Shown: positions 28,940 to 37,150 of the stretch, piece after piece
Layout of the letters: every line of letters starts with the position of its first letter
Numbering within the stretch: the first letter of the stretch is position 1
Origin: Promethearchaeota archaeon
GTDB taxonomy: Archaea > Asgardarchaeota > Lokiarchaeia > Sigyniarchaeales > SOKP01
Direction: 5' to 3'
Assembly (NCBI GenBank): GCA_011364925.1
Contig: RDOA01000037.1
Span: 1-37,150, forward strand
Length of the DNA stretch: 37,150 bases
The notes under the pieces: model-generated
The model's input: the letters and a program-made list of their open reading frames with translations, nothing else
What the model was told of the DNA's origin: nothing
Databases searched by the model: none
Translations under genes and position numbers: made by a program

Positions 28940-29389
28940 CTAATGAACCCATTCTGAGTTTCCATCCAAAAAAGTCTCTTTTTTCCAAACGGCAATCTCT
29001 TTCTTGTATTTTTCCACAGCAAGTCGTAATGCTTTAAAACCTTCCTCCCTATGAGAAGATGCAACTATAACATGCACTAACTCATCTTTAATTTGGAACT
29101 TCCCTTTGAAGTGAATTATAATAACTTCAATAATTCCAGATAACTCTCTTATTTCGTTACATATCTTATTAATACTTGCATTTGCAAGTTCATCGTAGGA
29201 ATCGACCTCTAAATTTCGAATAAGTTTTCCTTCCTGAGATGTTTCTCTAACTATCCCTGTAAATGTTAGAATCGAGCCTACTTTTGCAATTTTTGGATGA
29301 CTGTTAAGAGAACTTATAACATTAGCTAAACTAATAGCATCTTTATCGTAGATACCAGACTTAATACTAGCAAAATTGTTAGTATTCAA
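28940..29389 (-). CDS. moaE: Molybdopterin synthase catalytic subunit
   Basis: GSILTFTGIVR, IIHFKG, ASSHREEGF, VEKYKKEIAVWKKE. TTG start. Confidence 0.93.
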   Translation of the reverse strand: MNTNNFASIKSGIYDKDAISLANVISSLNSHPKIAKVGSILTFTGIVRETSQEGKLIRNLEVDSYDELANASINKICNEIRELSGIIEVIIIHFKGKFQIKDELVHVIVASSHREEGFKALRLAVEKYKKEIAVWKKETFLDGNSEWVH

Positions 29390-29394
29390 AGTTA

Positions 29395-29682
29395 TTAACC
29401 TCCCGAAAATGGTAATAAAAAAGATATCTTGTCTCCATCTGCTAATACCAGTTGCTCTTTTTCTTTATCTTGGACTATTTGATCGTTAATTACGAGAGAT
29501 ATGTTTTTCTTCAAGCCTTTTATGCGATCATCCCATATTAGGTTTTTTATTGGTTCATATTTTCTAAAAAGTTTTGATGTTAGTCCAATTAATGTGTTTT
29601 CATTCAATTCTAAAACCTCACGATCTTTTCCAGTTATATCCTTGAAATTAGCAAAATATAATACTTCTACTTTCATCATCAT
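29395..29682 (-). CDS. moaD: Molybdopterin synthase sulfur carrier (MoaD/ThiS/SAMP ubiquitin-like)
   Basis: VLYFANFKDITG, LADGDKISFLLPFSGG with C-terminal di-Gly. Confidence 0.93.
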   Translation of the reverse strand: MMMKVEVLYFANFKDITGKDREVLELNENTLIGLTSKLFRKYEPIKNLIWDDRIKGLKKNISLVINDQIVQDKEKEQLVLADGDKISFLLPFSGG

Positions 29683-29698
29683 AACAACTAAGATATTA

Positions 29699-30619
29699 TT
29701 AATAGTAAGGTTCTCTGGTTTCTACCACTTGTTTAACTATTCTTTCATAACTGGAAAGTGAGTGGTTATTCTTTAATGCTTCTTTAATATTAGTTCCTAA
29801 ATCAGATCGAAAAAGGCAACCAAATAAATTTCCATCACAACCAACTCGTAATTTTGTGCATCCCATACAAAATTCATGCCCAGGGGTAATGGTTTCGACT
29901 TTAGCGGTATTAGGTAATGTAAACACTTTCCGATTTTGCATATTACCTCTCGTCTCTATATGTATTGCACTATTTTCAAGATCTTTTATTATAGGTGACA
30001 CATCGTAATAGTACCTTTCATAAAATCCATTATTTTGATTAACAGCCTGAGAGGCTTTATGTAATTCAATTAGCTGTAAAACAAAATCATTTTCACCACA
30101 AAAATTAACCATATTTTTAAATTCCTGATCGTTTATCCCTTTAAGTATTACATAATTTAATTTCAGCGGTGTCAGTCCAACTTCTTTAGCTTTCATTATT
30201 CCTTTTAAAACATGATTAAAACTATCTGAACCATAAATAATCTTATAAATATCCGGTTTTAAGGTTCCTAATGAAACATTAATTCGATTTAATCCTGCAT
30301 TGTACAGGTCCTGTGCTTTATCAACTAAATTGAAACCGTTTGTTGTCATAGAAATATCTTTATATAACTTTAGTTCAGATACATTTCTGATAATTTCGAC
30401 AATTTCTTCTCTGAGTAACGGTTCCCCTCCTGTAAATTTAATTTTAGTTACCTTTAAAATCTGTGCTAAAATCCTACAGAGTTGTGTAATCTCGTCTACG
30501 CTAAGTTCCGTTGTTTTGGGCAGAAATCCTTCATGATCACAATAAATACAATTGTAATTACATTTCGAGGTTACCGAAAATCGGATGTGTTTAATTTCTC
30601 TATTACAATTATCCTTCAT
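29699..30619 (-). CDS. moaA: GTP 3',8-cyclase (radical SAM)
   Basis: RFSVTSKCNYNCIYC, FTGGEPLLR, MTTNG, RINVSL, FCMGCTKLRV...GCL. Confidence 0.96.
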   Translation of the reverse strand: MKDNCNREIKHIRFSVTSKCNYNCIYCDHEGFLPKTTELSVDEITQLCRILAQILKVTKIKFTGGEPLLREEIVEIIRNVSELKLYKDISMTTNGFNLVDKAQDLYNAGLNRINVSLGTLKPDIYKIIYGSDSFNHVLKGIMKAKEVGLTPLKLNYVILKGINDQEFKNMVNFCGENDFVLQLIELHKASQAVNQNNGFYERYYYDVSPIIKDLENSAIHIETRGNMQNRKVFTLPNTAKVETITPGHEFCMGCTKLRVGCDGNLFGCLFRSDLGTNIKEALKNNHSLSSYERIVKQVVETREPYY

Positions 30620-30628
30620 GGTTTATTC

Positions 30629-31060
30629 TTATATCTTTTTGATTTTTTCGTCCACTTTCACTTCATTAATAACTGTCTTTGGATATTGCCCGCTCTCGTC
30701 TTTTTCATACATCTTTACTACATCCCAGATATTTAATAAGGCGACATTTACTCCCATAAGAGCCTCCATTTCGACACCCGTTTTAGAAATACTTTTTACA
30801 GTACAGACTACTCTAATTGTATTATCATCGCTATAATCAAAGTCAATATCAATATTATTTATGGGAATTGGGTGACATAACGGTATTAGATCGGGAACTT
30901 TTTTAACAGCATTAATAGCTGCAATTTTTGCAATAGTAAAAACATCCCCTTTTTTAACATCGTTATTTTTAACTATTTCAATGGTTTCTTTCCTTAATCT
31001 TATTTTCCCCGATGCTATTGCAATCCTCATTATGGAATCCTTATGAGAAATATCAATCAT
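30629..31060 (-). CDS. moaC: Cyclic pyranopterin monophosphate synthase
   Basis: MIDISHK, KKGDV, LIPLCHP, TGVEMEAL, IWDVVK. Confidence 0.96.
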   Translation of the reverse strand: MIDISHKDSIMRIAIASGKIRLRKETIEIVKNNDVKKGDVFTIAKIAAINAVKKVPDLIPLCHPIPINNIDIDFDYSDDNTIRVVCTVKSISKTGVEMEALMGVNVALLNIWDVVKMYEKDESGQYPKTVINEVKVDEKIKKI

Positions 31061-31089
31061 GTTTCATGCATATTTGAGATTTATGTTTT

Positions 31090-31122
31090 TATTCGATTGC
31101 ACTTCTTATACATATCGATAAC
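31090..31122. promoter_or_regulatory. ModE-box-like operator, copy upstream of moaC
   Basis: TATTCGATTGCACTTCTTATACATATCGATAAC. The last 15 nt match the tupA-upstream copy at 14/15, and the TCGA(A/T)TG arm has identical spacing. Confidence 0.6.
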
Positions 31123-31147
31123 TTTCTCTCAATTAAAAAATTTAGGA

Positions 31148-32239
31148 TTATAAGATTTTAACATCAGTCGCTTTGAAGTTAATATACACTTCTGATCCAT
31201 TTTTAATTTCTAATTTTTGCTGAGATAATTTCGTAATACTTACTAAAAATTTCTCGGAATTAGTTCTAATTACAACATGGATTAAGTTTCCAAGATCTCG
31301 AACCTCCTCAACTTTACCTTTAAATAAGTTCAAAGAACTAACATTCTGAGGAGCATTTTTGGCAATTATAATACTTTCGGGATGGATACATACTTTCACC
31401 TTTCCTTCTTTTTGTGAGGAAGTCGTGATTACGAGGTCATTAATTTTTACATGATTTAAATGAGTTTTTAAATCAATAGAAGCCACACCTCCAAAGATGT
31501 TTTCATAACCTACAAATTGAGCTGTAAATTCATCTTTAGGACTTTGAAATATTAGACTCGGAGTATTAATTTGTTTGATGGTACCTTCGTTTAGAACTGC
31601 AATTCTATCTGCTAATCTTATCGCTTCGTATCTATCATGAGTGCTTAAGACAATAGTTTTTTGTTTATCTTGTTTTATTTCATTAATGAAATTGTCAAGT
31701 ATCTTCACATTCACGGGGTCTAAGTTTGCTGACACTTCATCAAGTAGATAAATTTCAGGTGTAATTATAAAATTCATAGCAATGACTACACGCTGCATTT
31801 CCCCTCCTGATAACGATCTAGCGCTTTTATTTTTCATTCCAGAGAGCCCTACACGCTTGATCATATCTTCAACCGAATTTTTATACTGTTTTAGCTTTAA
31901 ACCTCTTACTTTCAAACCAAAAGCAATGTTATCAAAAACAGAAGCATCCCTAACTAGAGGTTTCTGCCTTACAAATGATAATTCTCTTCGATATTGCGTT
32001 TTATGTTTGCGAGAAAGGTTTATTACATCTCTTCCTCGATATTGTACCTCACCTTGAGTTGGAGATTCCAGTAAACCTAAAATTCGCAATAATGTAGTCT
32101 TACCACTACCATTTGGACCTATGATAGCAAAAGTTTCTCCTTTTCGAATAGAAAAGTTGATATCTGAAAGAACCGGAATTACACCACCATCTTTTTTATA
32201 ATAATCTTTTGTAAGATTTTTTACTTCAAGAAGAACCAT
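31148..32239 (-). CDS. tupC: Tungstate ABC transporter ATP-binding protein with C-terminal TOBE domain
   Basis: GPNGSGKT, LSGGEMQR, LLDE, STHD, C-terminal NLFKGKV...INFKATDV TOBE. ATG at 32239 (the ORF track starts at GTG 32251). Confidence 0.88.
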   Translation of the reverse strand: MVLLEVKNLTKDYYKKDGGVIPVLSDINFSIRKGETFAIIGPNGSGKTTLLRILGLLESPTQGEVQYRGRDVINLSRKHKTQYRRELSFVRQKPLVRDASVFDNIAFGLKVRGLKLKQYKNSVEDMIKRVGLSGMKNKSARSLSGGEMQRVVIAMNFIITPEIYLLDEVSANLDPVNVKILDNFINEIKQDKQKTIVLSTHDRYEAIRLADRIAVLNEGTIKQINTPSLIFQSPKDEFTAQFVGYENIFGGVASIDLKTHLNHVKINDLVITTSSQKEGKVKVCIHPESIIIAKNAPQNVSSLNLFKGKVEEVRDLGNLIHVVIRTNSEKFLVSITKLSQQKLEIKNGSEVYINFKATDVKIL

Positions 32240-32240
32240 T

Positions 32241-32936
32241 TTATTTACCACTCCCTTGCAAGCGCGTCATTCCATAGTTTAATATGAAAGCTATGGTGAT
32301 CAAAATAATTCCTAACGCTATAGCCATCCCAAATTCACCCATACGCGTTTGTAAAACAATTGAAGTAGTAAATGTTCTTGTTGACCAACGTATATTTCCA
32401 CCAACGATCATTACTGCCCCCACTTCAGAAATTGCTTGACCAAAAGTTACGAGAAATCCAGCAATAATAGATTTTTTTGAGTCTTTAATTAATTCCCACC
32501 ATAATTGTCGTTCATTAGCACCTAACGAGAGGACAGTTTCTTTTAAAGCTGGCTCAACGCTTTCAATTGCTGCCTTGCCAGTCCCAAGAATAATAGGTAC
32601 TGCTAATAAAAATTGAGCAATAATCATGGCAGTTGTTGAGTATAGTAAACCTAAAAATCCAAACAATCCACTAGATGAGAGTAATAAAAACACGATAAGT
32701 CCCATTACTACTGGCGGAAATCCCATAAATGTATTTATTAGATTGCTAATGAATCTTTTTCCACGGAATTCTCTTAATCCAATAAAGGAACCAATTGGTA
32801 AAGCAACTAAAGTTGCTAAAAAAGTAGAAGTTAATGAAACGCGAAATGAGACTGCTATCACGCTCCAAACTTCAGGATCAAATGTAAATATTAAATAAAT
32901 TGCCTGAAAAAATCCATCTATAATCTCATTTGACAT
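32241..32936 (-). CDS. tupB: Tungstate ABC transporter permease
   Basis: NTFMGFPPVVMGL, AISEVGAVMIVGGNI, TRTFTTSI. Confidence 0.93.
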   Translation of the reverse strand: MSNEIIDGFFQAIYLIFTFDPEVWSVIAVSFRVSLTSTFLATLVALPIGSFIGLREFRGKRFISNLINTFMGFPPVVMGLIVFLLLSSSGLFGFLGLLYSTTAMIIAQFLLAVPIILGTGKAAIESVEPALKETVLSLGANERQLWWELIKDSKKSIIAGFLVTFGQAISEVGAVMIVGGNIRWSTRTFTTSIVLQTRMGEFGMAIALGIILITIAFILNYGMTRLQGSGK

Positions 32937-32953
32937 TTTTTTTTAGAATCTTT

Positions 32954-33964
32954 TTAATCAAATTCCTGTTGGTAGTTTGTCCAAAAAGCAATTTCTTCTT
33001 CTGTTGTTGGACAATTAGTTGTAATGTTACATACACCAAAATCTGCGTGAAATAAAGTTTCTCCGTTTTTTGTGTAATCATTTATTAAATTTTGACCGTA
33101 ATTAGAAGTAAGAAATCCAACAAATCTCAATACGCTATTATATTTAACGTGTGGATATAGATCGGGATTTATAGGAATTACTCCGTAAGGATTAAGTAAG
33201 TAATCTTCTCCTTCGACTGATTCTGCCAAAATCTTTAATGTTGTATAGGTGTCGTTAAAACTGAGCCAAGTACCTCTATCAATTAGAGTGTATCCTTGAT
33301 TATTCGCGTCTTGATAGGTCATCAGTAAGGTAGCTGCCATACCCTGGCCAGATTCGGTGTATTTATCAGGCTCTCCAAACCATTCTATATCTGGAGTAAT
33401 CCCAATAGCTGCCCATAGGGAGATTTCTTTAGAATAAGTTCCAGAACCGTCTCCTCGAGAATAAAATGTCGAATTGCCTGTGTTTATGCCATTTTTTAAT
33501 TTAGTCATTACAATTGTGATATTATCGTTTGGAAGTAATCCTGCAGGATTATTCTCGTGACCTACTACAATGAAATCGTTGTACATAACGCACGCTCTAT
33601 GAACCCCATAAGGTGTTTGTCCATCACTATCGTTTACAAAGGCATCTTCTCTTGGTCTAGAATGGACAAGTATTACATCAACATCCCCACTTTTACCATA
33701 AGCTATTGCCTCTCCAGTACCTACGGATAGAACTGAAACTTCAATACCAGTTTTTTTAGTAAATTCTGGTAATAAATAATCTAGTAACCCAGAATCATAA
33801 GTAGAGGTTGTTGTAGCAAGTGTAATTCGAGAGGGATTTCGAGCGGATAATAAATCAAAGATGAAATAAGTTCCAACAGAACCTCCAATTATAAGTATTA
33901 ATATAATTAGAAAAGCAACTTTATGCTCACTAACTATTGTTTTTATTGTTTTTCTCTCACTCAT
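32954..33964 (-). CDS. tupA: Tungstate ABC transporter substrate-binding protein with N-terminal membrane anchor
   Basis: TupA signature LATTTSTYDSGLL, VGTGEA, DVILVH, MYNDF, SRGDGSGT, GQGM, DRGTW, LLNPY. Confidence 0.95.
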   Translation of the reverse strand: MSERKTIKTIVSEHKVAFLIILILIIGGSVGTYFIFDLLSARNPSRITLATTTSTYDSGLLDYLLPEFTKKTGIEVSVLSVGTGEAIAYGKSGDVDVILVHSRPREDAFVNDSDGQTPYGVHRACVMYNDFIVVGHENNPAGLLPNDNITIVMTKLKNGINTGNSTFYSRGDGSGTYSKEISLWAAIGITPDIEWFGEPDKYTESGQGMAATLLMTYQDANNQGYTLIDRGTWLSFNDTYTTLKILAESVEGEDYLLNPYGVIPINPDLYPHVKYNSVLRFVGFLTSNYGQNLINDYTKNGETLFHADFGVCNITTNCPTTEEEIAFWTNYQQEFD

Positions 33965-34039
33965 AGTATATTCATATCCTTATAATCATTTTTTGATATA
34001 AATTCAAATTTTCCAATCTCCACTTCTCTCAAGTGAAAA

Positions 34040-34072
34040 TTATCGAATGTTATGGTGATACATAACGATAAC
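34040..34072. promoter_or_regulatory. ModE-box-like operator, copy upstream of tupA
   Basis: Imperfect palindrome TTATCG-AATGTTA-TGGTGA-TACATAA-CGATAA (ATCG-N20-CGAT), just downstream on the minus strand of a TTTTAAA TATA-like box at ~34076-34083. Confidence 0.65.
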
Positions 34073-34264
34073 TAGTTTAAAAAATTTTTTTTTTGAGTGA
34101 GCAGCTTTTCATGAATTTTAAAATTCTTAGTCAAATTCTTGTTCAAAAATAGAAATGAGGTTACATATCTTTTGATATTTTTTTAAGAAAATCCTTTTTG
34201 TTTAGAATTACATGAATACCTCTTCTAATCATAATGATATTTAGATTCTCTATTAGTTTTTCCG

Positions 34265-34301
34265 TGAAACTTATTCTATAATAATTGAAACTTATTCTAT
34301 A
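34265..34301. repeat. Tandem direct repeat, 2 x 16 bp TGAAACTTATTCTATA with 21-bp period
   Basis: Exact copies at 34265-34280 and 34286-34301. Confidence 0.85.
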
Positions 34302-34419
34302 TTCAATTCTTAGCAGTTAGCAAAATGGAGATTCGATGAAGCACCCAATAATAATTGTGAATTTTTCAAAAGGAAGATTAAAATTACATTTCTTTTGAGA
34401 TTTCGTTATTATTTTAAAA

Positions 34420-35628
34420 TCATGGTTCAATTAAACTTTTAATTTCTGTTTTAGAGGGTAGAATCATATCTGCGAATACATATTCTTTTGTCAGACTATC
34501 ACTATCTTCCAAAATTTTTTTTAGTTTAGAATAAAAATCGCTCCTGAGAGATTGGAACTTATTGTGTTGTTTTTCACTTAAGAAGTGTAAATTAACTGAC
34601 GATTTTACAAGTGTTTCTATTATTCCCTTTTGAGGAATTGGATCCTCAAGCATTTTTTGAGTCAAAGTCCTCAATGAACCACAATATTTTTCGTGAATTA
34701 GTGAGAGAATATACATTTTTCTCCAAGATTCTTCTCGAATTTTTATCAAGTCTGTAATCTTATTTGGATCTGAAAACTTATTGTCATAATACTCAGAAAT
34801 ATCTTTAAAATCTGAGCAAATAGAATAGTACTTTCTTTTGATCGAACCAGGTGTCTTTTCAAATTCAATTTCACTAGCTTGAATGATTCCTAACTTTGTA
34901 AGAACGCTTGTTCTACGAGAAATTGTAGATTTACTTTTATTTAAATAATGTGCAAATTCTGTTAGGCTAAGTACCTTATAAATATTTAAAGCAATGAGGA
35001 TTTCGAGATTTAAATCTACTGAAAAGGCTTTACTATAGTTTTGATTTATTATTTTACCAAGAAAGATTTCAAATGAATTTTTAATTTTATTTCTGTATTC
35101 TTCTGACTTCTCGAAATCATTTGAAGAAAATGTATTGTAAAAGAATGATCCTCCTTTATTAAGAATTTTAGTTTTCTTATTGCCATTTAATTTAGATTTT
35201 AGCTTATCTGGTTGAACTAGATCAGCTTTAGTTCCAATAGTACCAAAAGGGAATTTGAATTTCTTAATAATTTTCATGCATTCAAGAGCTATTTGAAATG
35301 ATTCTAATCTAGAAAGGTCAAAAACTACTAATGCGCCTGAAGCTCCCTTGAAATGATAATTAGCAAGAGTATCAAGTTTGTTATCACCTTTTAAATCCCA
35401 AAAATGAAATCTGTATTTTTTAACTTCGAAATTGAAACCTTTCAATAGATAATCTAGTCCCAATATTCCTATATTTTCATTATTTCTCAACACATAGCTA
35501 ACATTTTTGAATATAGCATCTTTTTTTGTACTTTCTTTGTATAAATATTCAGCAAAATTAGAAAGGAACGATGTTTTGCCTACTCCAGAGGCTCCAATAA
35601 CTAGTATTTTATATATTTGTATAGACAT
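34420..35628 (-). CDS. Rab/Ras-like small GTPase domain fused to a winged-helix (ArsR/MarR-like) DNA-binding domain
   Basis: YKILVIGASGVGKTS (G1), FWDLKG (G3), GASGALVVFDLS, GTKADL (G4), then LSLTEFAHYLNKSKSTISRRTSVLTKLGII...RKYYSI wHTH. Confidence 0.85.
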   Translation of the reverse strand: MSIQIYKILVIGASGVGKTSFLSNFAEYLYKESTKKDAIFKNVSYVLRNNENIGILGLDYLLKGFNFEVKKYRFHFWDLKGDNKLDTLANYHFKGASGALVVFDLSRLESFQIALECMKIIKKFKFPFGTIGTKADLVQPDKLKSKLNGNKKTKILNKGGSFFYNTFSSNDFEKSEEYRNKIKNSFEIFLGKIINQNYSKAFSVDLNLEILIALNIYKVLSLTEFAHYLNKSKSTISRRTSVLTKLGIIQASEIEFEKTPGSIKRKYYSICSDFKDISEYYDNKFSDPNKITDLIKIREESWRKMYILSLIHEKYCGSLRTLTQKMLEDPIPQKGIIETLVKSSVNLHFLSEKQHNKFQSLRSDFYSKLKKILEDSDSLTKEYVFADMILPSKTEIKSLIEP

Positions 35629-35683
35629 TGAACTATCAACTTGAATATTATTTGTTTGTCAAATCAGTAAATGATAAGTTGGC

Positions 35684-35710
35684 AAAATATTTAAGTTTTC
35701 GCAACGTTGC
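35684..35710 (-). promoter_or_regulatory. Archaeal BRE-TATA promoter of the GTPase-wHTH gene with an abutting palindrome GCAACGTTGC
   Basis: Minus strand reads GCAACGTTGC-GAAAA-CTTAAATATTTT, about 60-80 nt upstream of ATG 35628. Confidence 0.5.
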
Positions 35711-35762
35711 ATAATTGATATTTTTTTGCGACAATAAAATATGTGAATTTAAGTAAAAGAAA

Positions 35763-36599
35763 TTACATGTCTTTAGATATTTCTTTTATGAAGTTATTTT
35801 TATTGAGGATTATACTAAGACGTCTTCTATGTATAACAATATTGAGGTTCTCTATTAACTTTTCAGTGAAGTATTTAAAATCAAAATGCATTGAAGGATT
35901 GTTGAGATAATACGTTTTTAAAAAAAGGTTTATCAATTCAATTTTTGCTTTAGGAACGGTTTGCTCGAATATCCCTGGATTAGTATCTAATAAAGAACAA
36001 CATACCCACGCTAAGTCATCAATGTGATTGCCTTCGTAGGAATCTTCGAAATCTAAACCATAAATCTCTTTTTTGGAAGGATTATAAATGAAATCTCGTA
36101 GTTGTGTATCTCCCTTGTTTAATACTATTCTTTTAGGCTCATCTTTTTCTTCAACTATATTGTGTGAATGCAAACGATTAAACCATTCTGCTAGCTTCTC
36201 TATTGAAGATTTTATTTCTTTTTTATGTTCAGAATTTAAATTTTTTAATTCTACAACATCTACTAAGTTTTCGTTAACAAAATCACACAAATTGACTCCA
36301 TTAATCTTTTCTAAAATTAAATAGGGTTTTTTATAAAAAAGAACATCAGGAATATGTAGATCCTGTTCTTTTAGTTTTTTCAAGGTATTAAATTCGTTAT
36401 CTGCATTATCAGTTTGAAATATCTTAATAATCACTTCTTTAGGTAAGTGTTCTGTTTTTCGATTAAAGGTTAGACCGACAACAGAATTTTTTTTACTTTC
36501 AATAGGAAATAGAATGAAATGATTAAACTTGTCAACCAATTCAGGTAGATCCACCCTAAGATCTGTAATGAGGTCTTTACGTGTTTTTAGAAGTTCCAT
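35763..36599 (-). CDS. Protein-kinase-like (APH/RIO/Bud32-type) phosphotransferase
   Basis: VIIKIF (Lys), NEFNTL (Glu), LILEKING hinge, LNKGDTQLRDF catalytic loop, GLDFED, DDLAW. Confidence 0.8.
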   Translation of the reverse strand: MELLKTRKDLITDLRVDLPELVDKFNHFILFPIESKKNSVVGLTFNRKTEHLPKEVIIKIFQTDNADNEFNTLKKLKEQDLHIPDVLFYKKPYLILEKINGVNLCDFVNENLVDVVELKNLNSEHKKEIKSSIEKLAEWFNRLHSHNIVEEKDEPKRIVLNKGDTQLRDFIYNPSKKEIYGLDFEDSYEGNHIDDLAWVCCSLLDTNPGIFEQTVPKAKIELINLFLKTYYLNNPSMHFDFKYFTEKLIENLNIVIHRRRLSIILNKNNFIKEISKDM

Positions 36600-36801
36600 C
36601 TCTATAAATTAACAATACTACGATGATTATACCAAATTGGTATATGGAAGTCACTTAACTAATATCTAAATATTAAAGATAGAAGATAAATTTCTCTATT
36701 TCTCTACTCATAATTCTAATTCGTGAAGATGTTCGGGCATAATAATAAATTATTTATGAAATATCAGAGTAACAAATAAAAAATCATATTTTATTGCATT
36801 C

Positions 36802-37150
36802 ATGATGAGCCAACAACAAAAACAGTATAAACTTGGAGTCTTTTATGGTTCAGATCCAGATACGGAAATGCTCGCACAAAAATTCGTAGGAAATCTGATC
36901 AATAACGACAAATTTTGTAAAGCATGTGAGTTGCTTGAAAAGGATGTAAAATGTGATAAATGCAGAGAATATGTGGGAAACTTTTCAAATTCGATTTACT
37001 TCTACGAGAAAATTGGTGAAAATGTTCCAGATTTTATTGAAGACCCTGAAGAATATTTCCCTAAGTCTTTACCTTCAATAGATTTTCTTATGGTTGTCGG
37101 AATTCATCAAGATTTACTTTCAGGTTTGCCCGATTATTTAAAAGATAAGA
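36802..37150 (+). CDS. DUF166 family protein; 3' end runs off the window
   Basis: Not in the ORF track. MMSQQQKQYKLGVFYG...FCKAC...CDKCR...PDFIEDPEEYFP...GIHQDLL, open to the window end. Confidence 0.75.
   Translation, partial: MMSQQQKQYKLGVFYGSDPDTEMLAQKFVGNLINNDKFCKACELLEKDVKCDKCREYVGNFSNSIYFYEKIGENVPDFIEDPEEYFPKSLPSIDFLMVVGIHQDLLSGLPDYLKDK

Noticed and set aside
29395-29682. MoaD as a eukaryote-like ubiquitin system
   Set aside because: It sits between moaA and moaE with no E2, E3 or JAB genes nearby, so it is best read as an ordinary sulfur carrier.
34265-34301. Mini-CRISPR interpretation of the direct repeat
   Set aside because: Only two 16-bp copies with a 5-bp spacer, and no cas genes.
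33965-34419. Moco/Tuco riboswitch upstream of tupA
   Set aside because: The region is very AT-rich with only a 5-bp hairpin (CACTT-CTCTC-AAGTG, 34021-34035) and no multi-stem GNRA architecture. A DNA operator explains the signal better.

Overview
AT-rich archaeal window, most consistent with Asgard archaea of the Lokiarchaeia type (Nre repair protein with a PIP-box, DUF166, SDS22-like LRR protein, Rab-like GTPase fusion, PAS histidine kinase). From left to right it holds: an acyl-CoA metabolism cluster (FabH-like condensing enzyme, acyl-CoA ligase, repeat membrane protein, FabK/NMO-family enzyme, 3-hydroxyacyl-CoA dehydrogenase, amidohydrolase); nre; a flavodoxin-ferredoxin fusion; a stand-alone condensation-domain acyltransferase; a corrinoid protein/MtaA-like methyltransferase/hydrolase trio; two tandem MDR oxidoreductases; nfi; a two-component pair; a MoxR AAA+/vWA pair; a membrane serine hydrolase; and a tupABC-moaC-moaA-moaD-moaE-moeA-moaB-moeA tungsten/molybdopterin cluster preceded by a small-GTPase-wHTH fusion gene. 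Two signals stand out. (1) The vWA reading frame opens, without a start codon, exactly at a G_GAU_UUU heptamer at the end of the MoxR gene. This suggests a programmed -1 frameshift yielding both a 290-aa ATPase and a ~661-aa AAA-vWA fusion. (2) A ModE-box-like element occurs twice, upstream of tupA and upstream of moaC. No rRNA, tRNA, CRISPR array or mobile element was recognised.
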